Shown piece after piece: positions 56,591 through 64,000 of a stretch of DNA of 64,000 nucleotides. Position numbers and translations under genes: made by a program. The DNA is from Patescibacteria group bacterium. Lineage in GTDB: Bacteria > Patescibacteriota > UBA1384 > XYA2-FULL-43-10 > 1-14-0-10-43-13. How positions within the stretch are numbered: position 1 is the stretch's first letter; each line of letters opens with the position of its first letter. Location of the stretch: contig JBBTQI010000003.1 in NCBI GenBank assembly GCA_038078835.1, forward strand, positions 2,196 through 66,195, given 5' to 3'. Under the pieces are notes generated by a model. That model saw nothing but the letters and a program-made list of their open reading frames with translations. It had not been told where the DNA came from and ran no database searches.

Positions 56591-56932
56591 TCACCCTAAA
56601 AATTTATTTGTTGTCAAGATTGCCACGATGGCGCGGGCGGCCAGGACAAGGATCAAACCCAGGATGGCCCAAGTCAGGGTTTTCTTGGCGTTCTCCGCCT
56701 CCGCCTCGTTTCCTTGCGATTTCACGTACAAAAAAGCGGCGTAAAGAATGTAGATAAAAGCGACCACGGCGGCGGCGTTAAGGGCCATAGTGATAATAAG
56801 CCCGACATAGCCGCCATTCTCACTATTATAAATATCACCAAGACCCTTCTTGGTGCCGTCAAAACCGCGCCCGTCCCAGATGCTCTCGGGTAAACTTGCG
56901 GCGTAAGTTTTTTGAATTAAGAAATCCATCAT
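56591..56932 (-). CDS. TrbC/VirB2-like pilin
   Basis: AFIYILYAAFLYVKSQGNEAEAENAKKTLTWAILG. Confidence 0.78.
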   Translation of the reverse strand: MMDFLIQKTYAASLPESIWDGRGFDGTKKGLGDIYNSENGGYVGLIITMALNAAAVVAFIYILYAAFLYVKSQGNEAEAENAKKTLTWAILGLILVLAARAIVAILTTNKFLG

Positions 56933-56952
56933 TTAGAAAAATTTTACTCCCC

Positions 56953-59900
56953 CTACCCCTTCTTCACAAGAGGGATGATGACGCTGGTGGTGAGGCGGAC
57001 GAGGGCGTAGGCCAAAATTAAGACAATGACGCCGGTGACGGCGTAAGTTAAGACCTTTTTCGCTTTGTCGGATTTGCCGGTGTCGCCGCCGGAGGTGATG
57101 TACATAATGCCGCCGGAGATAAGAGCGAGGAGGGAGAGGGTCATTACCAGCCAGTAGAGAATCTCGACGATTCGCACTGCCAGCTCGTAAATACTGTTAA
57201 TCATACTGCCGCCGATCAGCTCATTCGGTTTCAGACCGCCGCCCCCGCCTTGGTCAGGCGGACAAATCGGCTTGCTGCCGTCGGCTGGGTCAGTACAGCC
57301 CTTATTGCTGGCGTTGGGGTCGAGTGTGATCGCCCGCTCGGCCTTGCCGGTGCATCTTGTAACCGTGTCATCGCTTAAATCGGCGATCTCGTTAAGGGTG
57401 TATCCCTCTCCGGAATCGTTGTCGGCATCAATCGCCTCCTCACTATCATCCGATGTTAGCCCCAAGGTTTCACCAGATCTCAGATCGGCGATGATTTTAG
57501 CGCGGGAGGCCTGCGCGCCTCGAGCGATCTGCTTAATCAGCTGGCTTAAGATAATATCGCTATCATCACTGTTGTAACTCTCCTCTTTCAATCCAGTATC
57601 CCCTTTGTCGGTATTAGTGTCATTAGATTGGCCGTCAGTTTGATCATTCACTTTGGTGCTATTGGTATTTGGCTGATCGACCGGTGTTTCGGTCTCGCCT
57701 GTCGGACTCTCCTCCAGACCTGTTGTCGAACCCGCCTCGATTAATCCCCGCTCAATCTCACCAAACGCACTCCGGCAATTCTCCAGCTGATCGATATCAA
57801 TGCCGCGATAGGTTTTAACCCGGATATAGTGAAGGCCGGCCTCACTGTCGCTGTTCGGCCAATCGGTGTAGACAAACTCCTCGGCCTCGCCCTTGTTATT
57901 TTTGTTAAAAGTACAGGCTTTTTTAAGACTCCACTCCTCTTCTTTAAGGTTTTTAAGATCATCGGCGCTGCCTACCTTGGGTGAGATATAAAGCTTTAAG
58001 ACATCACTGACACTCAAGTCATCGGCACGGCGTTTCTCCAGGGGGGGTCTCACTTTGATTTTAGTCATCGCCGCCGCCTGTTTATCGGGATCGGTCGCCT
58101 TTTTAATCTGGCTCGGCGCGTTGATAGAGATGGAACAGCCAAAACAGCCGTTGACCTGGTTATCGTCATTTTCGCCATTCGGTCCGAAAATTTTGAAGTC
58201 TTTTGTCGCTTCACTGATTATTGTTCCACTGTTAGTAATAGTAATCCTAAATTGGTGATTTCCGATTCCAAGAGGACCGCCCTTGTCATTGCCACCGGAA
58301 ACTTGACCGGAGAGCGCCGATGTATGGAATGCGGCATTGAGATCCCAAAGAAACTCACCCTCATAACCGATTGTACCGGCAATAAATTTGGTATCCGCAA
58401 GATAGTTTGGACTATCCTTGGAGATAATTTCTAAAACCGCCGAAAAACCGCCGCCCTTAACTTGACTTAAAATTTTATCATTGGGGTTTACTTTATAAGG
58501 AATGGAGACACTGTTGCCGTAATTGCGGAAGATTTTATCGAAGTTGGAATTTTTATCATCGCGGCCGTCAATATACTCTTTGGTCAAGCGGAAGGAGGCG
58601 GGGGCGGTGATTTTGATCTCGTCGTTGCCCCACTCCTCCAGGGCGTAAGACATATAGCTGTCGTAAATCCGCTGGATGATCTCTTTGTCGTCACTGCTTT
58701 TGGCTTTTCCCAGAGCCTCCTTAAGCAGAGCGGCCGCCTTGGAGTTGGCGCGGGCGTTTTCGTACTTGCCGCCCTCATACCGGCCGGGAGAAGAGATAGA
58801 GCAGATTTGTACTTGTTTATCGAGATTAACCAAGACTTGAACATTGGGATCCTCGCCCTCATTCATGCCCTTGCAGGTGCCAGAGGGCCCGCCGTAGATA
58901 TCGAGCCATTTATAGCTGCCCTGGTCGCGCCAAGCGTAAAAGGTCGGGTTTTTAATCGCGTCTTTAATGGTTTGGATCGACTGATGAGCGTCAACTTTGT
59001 CGCTCAGGTTGTCGCCGGCATTATCCTCAATAAATTTATAGATCTCCTGAATGTAGCCCCAGGTCTTCTCGTCGTTCTTCTGGTCAATGACAATAACCTC
59101 ATCCCGCTTGATCTGACGGGATAGAGTAAGTTCTTCTCCTTCGACCAAATTGAAGGGATAGAAGTAAACTCTCTCGGTTAATTCGGAGATCGCCTTGGCT
59201 TTACTCCGACCGTCTTTGAGCTTGCCGGAGATGCCGCAGAGAACAAAGTTTTCGCCGTTGACGCCGTAAGGCTTGTCAAAACTGCCGCAGTTTTTGAGAG
59301 CGAGATAGGAATTGATATAGGTGCGGAGGTTGTTAATGGAGGCAAGGGCTTTACTGGTATCGCCGCCGGATTCATTATCCTCGGAGGCATCCCGAACCGC
59401 TTCGTACATCTTTAAAATCTTACCGGCAAGAGCGGTGGTGAGCGGCGTTGTTGCCTCCGAAATGTAATAGTTGGCCGCCATTTCCCGGGGGATGACGGCA
59501 TTATCACCCTGGAAGAAGGGCCAGGCTTGAATCGGCATGCCGTTAAAGTGGCCGACGTTTTTAATGTTATTGATATCTTCCTCGGTGAGGCCGTATTTTG
59601 AATATTTGTAAACCAGAAACGAATCGATTGTTTTGTAAGTAACGACCTCGTAAACCCCGTTGGACTCCTGCTTGGCCTTGAGCGCCTCGCCGATGGTGTT
59701 AGACCACCCCTCGGCCTGCTGGTAATCAGTCTGGGCTTCCTTCTCGCCATCAGCTTTATTGCCGCCGCGCTGTTTGGCGCTGGTCATAATCGCCTTGTAG
59801 ATCTTTTGAAGATTTTTCCAGTTGGGACGGGTTAAGGTGTTAACCTCAATCTTGCTGGCGAGATAGGGGTTGGCATTAAGTTTTAAGGTATCGGCACTGC

Positions 59901-60465
59901 CGTCATACTCCGCCTGGTAGATATTAAAGTTGAGAGTTTGCCGCTCCTCCGCTTTTTTGACGTGCTTGCTTAAGTCGTAGAGGGTAAAACCGTTGTACGA
60001 GCTGTAGCTGGCCTGACTTTTGCTTAAGCGCCGGCTAACCTCCTGCATAACGCGGCGGGCATGGCCCTCATTCACCAGGTTTCTCTCGCGGCGGGCGGCG
60101 CTCTGGATATCGCTATAAGTGCCGTAAACCGCCTTCCAGCTGTCATAGAGACGCTCAACCTTCTTGCTCTCGCTATCGTAAATGTCGTCGATGGCACTTG
60201 GCGCCAGGACAATTGGCAGTTCCAGCTGTTTGTTGCTTCTAATAAATTTGGCGGTGGCGTCGTTAGCCTTAATTTTGTCATAATCCTCTTTTGAGAGACG
60301 GTAATAGACAAAATTATCGCCGGCACGGTCATAGGTTTCGTTGGGGTTAATATCGGCGCCGACCTGCAGGCGGGAATAAGCGAGGATTCCGCCGATCATC
60401 AAAAAGAAGGGCAGTGCCAGCAGCCCGCTAAACTTCCAAAATTTTCGGCTCAAACCGAGTTTCAT
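56953..60465 (-). CDS. Large (~1170 aa) exported protein fused to a C-terminal VirB2-like pilin domain
   Basis: N-terminal TM/signal; C-terminus LISGGIMYITSGGDTGKSDKAKKVLTYAVTG. Confidence 0.75.
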   Translation of the reverse strand: MKLGLSRKFWKFSGLLALPFFLMIGGILAYSRLQVGADINPNETYDRAGDNFVYYRLSKEDYDKIKANDATAKFIRSNKQLELPIVLAPSAIDDIYDSESKKVERLYDSWKAVYGTYSDIQSAARRERNLVNEGHARRVMQEVSRRLSKSQASYSSYNGFTLYDLSKHVKKAEERQTLNFNIYQAEYDGSADTLKLNANPYLASKIEVNTLTRPNWKNLQKIYKAIMTSAKQRGGNKADGEKEAQTDYQQAEGWSNTIGEALKAKQESNGVYEVVTYKTIDSFLVYKYSKYGLTEEDINNIKNVGHFNGMPIQAWPFFQGDNAVIPREMAANYYISEATTPLTTALAGKILKMYEAVRDASEDNESGGDTSKALASINNLRTYINSYLALKNCGSFDKPYGVNGENFVLCGISGKLKDGRSKAKAISELTERVYFYPFNLVEGEELTLSRQIKRDEVIVIDQKNDEKTWGYIQEIYKFIEDNAGDNLSDKVDAHQSIQTIKDAIKNPTFYAWRDQGSYKWLDIYGGPSGTCKGMNEGEDPNVQVLVNLDKQVQICSISSPGRYEGGKYENARANSKAAALLKEALGKAKSSDDKEIIQRIYDSYMSYALEEWGNDEIKITAPASFRLTKEYIDGRDDKNSNFDKIFRNYGNSVSIPYKVNPNDKILSQVKGGGFSAVLEIISKDSPNYLADTKFIAGTIGYEGEFLWDLNAAFHTSALSGQVSGGNDKGGPLGIGNHQFRITITNSGTIISEATKDFKIFGPNGENDDNQVNGCFGCSISINAPSQIKKATDPDKQAAAMTKIKVRPPLEKRRADDLSVSDVLKLYISPKVGSADDLKNLKEEEWSLKKACTFNKNNKGEAEEFVYTDWPNSDSEAGLHYIRVKTYRGIDIDQLENCRSAFGEIERGLIEAGSTTGLEESPTGETETPVDQPNTNSTKVNDQTDGQSNDTNTDKGDTGLKEESYNSDDSDIILSQLIKQIARGAQASRAKIIADLRSGETLGLTSDDSEEAIDADNDSGEGYTLNEIADLSDDTVTRCTGKAERAITLDPNASNKGCTDPADGSKPICPPDQGGGGGLKPNELIGGSMINSIYELAVRIVEILYWLVMTLSLLALISGGIMYITSGGDTGKSDKAKKVLTYAVTGVIVLILAYALVRLTTSVIIPLVKKG

Positions 60466-60516
60466 TGCCAAAAAAGCGATGCTAATGACGAATTTACATG
60501 CGAATGACCAGAATGC

Positions 60517-60564
60517 TTGCCCACCTGGAAGGTGAATGTGCTCAAACACCTTCCAGGTGGGCAA
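60517..60564. repeat. CCACCTGGAAGGTG palindrome, copy 3
   Basis: 18-bp arms, 12-nt spacer, followed by a CAGGTGGGCAACA duplication. Confidence 0.85.
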
Positions 60565-60668
60565 CACAGGTGGGCAACAGAAGACTCCCTGGTTGGCGAT
60601 TAACGGTTCGTTTCGTTTATGATTTGTCCGGATGTGCCTATCGGATCATCTTTTATTTTTCACAGGAT

Positions 60669-62039
60669 CTACTCCGCCTTTACTTCCGGCCAGTCGATCT
60701 TGACGGTTTTCTTGTGCGTCTTGCCGTCGCTGGTCTTGAACTTGAAGGTGTACTCGTTAATCTGGCGGACAATGCTTTCCGGGTAAACCTTTCTGATTTT
60801 GTTATTGTTGCGAATTATCTTAATAATATCGCTTGGGACCGTGACCTGTCCGCTAAAAGAAAACGATACATTGGCATATGTCTGTTGGGCAGAGTAGGCG
60901 CCCTTGCCTTCGTTAAAGTTTAAAGTGTGATCATCGGTAATATTTTTTTTGCCGGCGTCGGTGTTGTACTGCCAATTTTGGCCGTCGGTGGTTTCGCAGG
61001 CCGGACAACCGATGATATCTTGCCGCCAGAAGAGATCATATTTTACCTCAAGCGTGGCTTCGGTAATGTCGGCGATGGCGGCCGGATTAACTTTGGCGGC
61101 GTAAAGATACTGGCCGGCGGTTCTGTTTTTGACGGCATCCTGGTCGGTAATATCCTCAACCATAAGATCAGGTGCGACAAAGCTTACTTTAAGGTCGGCT
61201 GATTTTCGGGTATAGTTCTTGAGTTTGACCTTGATCTCTTTGTTTTTTATCTCTTTATCGGAGGTAAAGACCCACTGCGTCTCGCCCGAACTGGTATCAG
61301 CCTCAACCGTCGTGCCCTCCTTGCCCTCCATCCTGACGTTTTGGGGCAGTTCGATGATAACCGGCTGATTGGCGAGGGCGGAATCATCGGCTTTGTAAAA
61401 TCGCGCCGTTACTCTGATGCCGTGTTCCACTTTGCCGGTGTTGTAGCCGGTGGGAGTGCTGTCGTTGTCAAGCGGCGAGGATGTTTCAAATTTGATTTGG
61501 GCATTTTTGAGAATATCCTGTTCACCTGCCGTGGCATCGGGCGTCTCGACGAAGACGGTCTTTATAGTGAATTTGCGGTAAACTTTCGGCTGACCGAGGA
61601 CATTTTCGCCGATCTTAAACCAGAAATAAACCTTCTTGACGCCTTTTTTCTCGGAGGTGATGCACTGATCAAGGGTGCCGTCTCCGGTTGTCGATTCAAA
61701 GGTGCCGGTTTGGCCATTAATAGTGATGTTGGAGCTGTTCTTGGGCGCTTTCATCCAGAGTGTCTGGTCAAAGAGCGGCGACTCTTCTTCGTCCTCAAAA
61801 TCTATGATCGGATTGGCGCAGTCTTTACCGTCGGCTATCGCCTGCAGGGTGGATGACTCTGTGTCCAGTGTGACCCTGGCTGTTTTTAGAAAGGCTTTAA
61901 GGTTGGGATCGGCGTCGGCCGAGGCGGTGTTGTAATTCATTACTCCGACCACGGCCAATAATATCGCTGCCGTGCCGATCAGCAGACGAACTCTGGTCCG
62001 GGCGGAGAATCCGCGTCGCGATCGTCTCCTTTTTGCCAT
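60669..62039 (-). CDS. Membrane-anchored tandem Ig-like surface protein
   Basis: MAKRRRSRR leader plus TM; beta-rich repeats; paralog of 54795-55619. Confidence 0.65.
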   Translation of the reverse strand: MAKRRRSRRGFSARTRVRLLIGTAAILLAVVGVMNYNTASADADPNLKAFLKTARVTLDTESSTLQAIADGKDCANPIIDFEDEEESPLFDQTLWMKAPKNSSNITINGQTGTFESTTGDGTLDQCITSEKKGVKKVYFWFKIGENVLGQPKVYRKFTIKTVFVETPDATAGEQDILKNAQIKFETSSPLDNDSTPTGYNTGKVEHGIRVTARFYKADDSALANQPVIIELPQNVRMEGKEGTTVEADTSSGETQWVFTSDKEIKNKEIKVKLKNYTRKSADLKVSFVAPDLMVEDITDQDAVKNRTAGQYLYAAKVNPAAIADITEATLEVKYDLFWRQDIIGCPACETTDGQNWQYNTDAGKKNITDDHTLNFNEGKGAYSAQQTYANVSFSFSGQVTVPSDIIKIIRNNNKIRKVYPESIVRQINEYTFKFKTSDGKTHKKTVKIDWPEVKAE

Positions 62040-62062
62040 ATTCCTCCTCTTTTTATAGTGAT

Positions 62063-62419
62063 TTAACAATAAAACAATTTGATAATCGTCGAAGTTGTCT
62101 TTGTCGGATCGGGGAGGGCGAGGAAGCTGAGGATCAGTTTAACCAGCCAGAGCGTGGCTAAGCCGAGGATGGCTCCCAGAAAAATCTCTTTGGCCTCGCC
62201 GATGGCGGTCTGGTTGCCGGCGGAGGTGATGTAGCGGTAGCCGGCATAAATAATCATCAAAACGGCCAGGGCGGAACCGAGCTTTAAGGCAAAGCCATAC
62301 ATATCGGCAATATAGGTGGCGTAAGTGTAGCTGGTGCGGCTGCTGCCGGGAATGCCGACACCGATACCGACACCCTCGGCGGCATACACCTTTGTTAAGT
62401 TTATAAAGTTATTTACCAT
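62063..62419 (-). CDS. TrbC/VirB2-like pilin
   Basis: LAVLMIIYAGYRYITSAGNQTAIGEAKEIFLGAILG. Confidence 0.78.
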   Translation of the reverse strand: MVNNFINLTKVYAAEGVGIGVGIPGSSRTSYTYATYIADMYGFALKLGSALAVLMIIYAGYRYITSAGNQTAIGEAKEIFLGAILGLATLWLVKLILSFLALPDPTKTTSTIIKLFYC

Positions 62420-63801
62420 CCTGTCTTTCTTAAGCTCTCGGTAATGGTGTTGGCGGCGAGGTCGAGAGCGGCTTGGGGTTCCTGGGTATCATTGTTTACT
62501 GCATTGATTGCCAGGCGGAAGGCATCATCAAAGTTGCCGGGGTAGCGGCCCTTGACCAGCGATTTGGCGGTGGCCAAGGAGAGTTTCTCGGGATTATTGC
62601 CTTTGCGCTCATCAATCGAGATATCATAACTTTTGGCTTTGGCGGCAGTGTAGAGACGGGTAGCCGAGTTAAAGCTCTTGGCGGCATCGTCAACCAGAAT
62701 CTTGACCGCCCCCCAAGAGGTGTTTGGCGCTTTGGAGAGGCGATTGACGCCAAAAGCCTGGAAGCGGGTGTAATCAACGATCTTCTCGGCGTCCTGCTCG
62801 ACTTGCGGCACAAAGGCCTTTTTGTACTTAAGATCAGGATACTTTTGGTCAAAATAATTAGCCAGGCCGCTGTAGCCAAAGATCATTGCCGCCTTTCCGT
62901 TGGCGAAGGCCTCAATCTCACTGCCAAGCGAGTCGTTCCAAGTATGGTTATCACTGCCGGGATCGGCAAAGGAGGTGTAGAATTCCAGCGCCCGGCGGCC
63001 GGGGTAGTCGTTGCCGCCCCGGGCGGTGGCGGCCGGCAGATTAAAGGTAGCCAAATTCATCTCCGAGGCGACAACCGGAGTTTCGTTTTGCATCATCAGG
63101 AGATAGAGAATGTCGGGGGCGAGAGTGACGTTGCTGGTGCCGAGCGCGACGCCGGCCCTTTCGATGTCATCGCCATCGGTTTCGGTCAGAAGGTTGGCCA
63201 GCTCGATAAAGTCAGTCCAGTTTGCCGGTATTGTCTTGAGCAGGTTAGAATACTGCGCTTTGGTTTCGGGATCATCTCCGTATTCCTCCTTGATCTCCTC
63301 TTTGGCCGAGTCAAAGATGGCAGGGTTGTAGTAAACCATTAAGGGTTCGGCCGAGGGCGAGAGAGCGTAGATCTGATTGTTAAAATAGACCGATTGTTTG
63401 ACGGCCGGCACAAATTGGCTATCAAGACTCACAGTCTTGGCTAGTGCCGTCGGCATCGGCTGGAGCTTCTCTTTGTGGCGATAGACCCAGTCGTTGGGCA
63501 TCGCCCAGATATCGGGTTTTTGGGTCGAGAGCACCGAGTTCATCACCCGGTTTTCGTAATCGGCATCAAAGGTCTGTTTCTCGTAGACCAGAGCGTAGCC
63601 CTCATATTCACTTTCAAATTTCTTCTCAACCGGCTTCCAGGCATCTTCATCCTCAAAACTCCAGACGACAATCTGCTTGGAGGCCGGATCCTCGGCCGAT
63701 TTCTTTTTGGGGATAATGGTACAGCCGGAGAGCAGGAATGAAAAAAGAACGCCAAAGGCGGTGTACTTAACAATTCGACCGATCTTTTTAGTTGGACTCA
63801 T
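62413..63801 (-). CDS. Extracellular solute-binding lipoprotein (sugar-SBP-like)
   Basis: Lipobox LLSGC, IVVWSF, PDIW, VYYNPAIF, PANWTDF, AFANGKAAMIFG. Confidence 0.82.
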   Translation of the reverse strand: MSPTKKIGRIVKYTAFGVLFSFLLSGCTIIPKKKSAEDPASKQIVVWSFEDEDAWKPVEKKFESEYEGYALVYEKQTFDADYENRVMNSVLSTQKPDIWAMPNDWVYRHKEKLQPMPTALAKTVSLDSQFVPAVKQSVYFNNQIYALSPSAEPLMVYYNPAIFDSAKEEIKEEYGDDPETKAQYSNLLKTIPANWTDFIELANLLTETDGDDIERAGVALGTSNVTLAPDILYLLMMQNETPVVASEMNLATFNLPAATARGGNDYPGRRALEFYTSFADPGSDNHTWNDSLGSEIEAFANGKAAMIFGYSGLANYFDQKYPDLKYKKAFVPQVEQDAEKIVDYTRFQAFGVNRLSKAPNTSWGAVKILVDDAAKSFNSATRLYTAAKAKSYDISIDERKGNNPEKLSLATAKSLVKGRYPGNFDDAFRLAINAVNNDTQEPQAALDLAANTITESLRKTGW

Positions 63802-63819
63802 ATCTCCCTCTCCTGTTCA

Positions 63820-63934
63820 AAATCCCAAACAACAAATATCAAATAACAAATAATTTCCAATTTTCGAATTTCAAAAACTTTGGACTTTGGTAGTTGAAAT
63901 TTATTTGGGATTTGGTTTTTGGATTTTGTAATTT
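63820..63934. repeat. Short member of the AAATCCCAAA/TTTGGGATTT palindromic family
   Basis: Shares CAAATAACAAATAATTTCCAA with the 36.0 and 54.6 kb elements. Confidence 0.6.
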
Positions 63935-64000
63935 CCGAAACTTTGTTTTACAAAGTTTCGGCTGTTTCTCTTATAAACTTCGCAAACTCGCCATTGATAT

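Noticed and set aside
1-64000. Complete DGR (RT, Avd, template) or TGA recoding
   Set aside because: No RT motifs or AAC-rich template seen; TGA ends genes normally (uppP, xer, rnpA).

Overview
This 64-kb window looks like the replication-origin region of a Candidate Phyla Radiation (Patescibacteria-type) chromosome. The taxon is inferred from gene content: a short ValS, a VirB4/PrgI/TrbL locus and multiple VirB2-like pilins. Left to right: copB (cut by the window edge), ferritin-like gene, gdhA, trxA, mnmA; a GC-rich orphan gene; iscR-iscS-iscU; valS, rhuM fragment, tsaD; a RAYT/Y1 transposase with 18-bp inverted repeats; a second GC-rich orphan; femX-like, murE, xer recombinase, PAP2, uppP; a ~25-kb type IV secretion-like locus (TrbL/VirB6, zincin, AbiE toxin-antitoxin, PrgI, DUF559 nuclease, VirB4, CHAP, beta-propeller, M23, a ~2760-aa giant protein); dciA-recF-dnaN-oriC-dnaA; rpmH-rnpA-yidD-yidC-jag; tRNA-Ser; pilB; a VirB2-like pilin cluster; a solute-binding lipoprotein. 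Two things stand out. (1) Several families of small palindromic or heptamer-repeat elements sit in intergenic DNA (nested, supplying RBSs and stop codons) and also in frame inside conserved enzymes (TsaD, MnmA, IscS, IscU, Xer, UppP, FemX). Near-identical modules are shared between unrelated genes, and two candidate mobiliser genes (RAYT, DUF559) are each flanked by a related repeat. (2) Two stand-alone GC-rich cassettes look like remote diversity-generating-retroelement (DGR) targets; no RT or template repeat was seen here. All calls come from reading the sequence by eye; no database searches were run.
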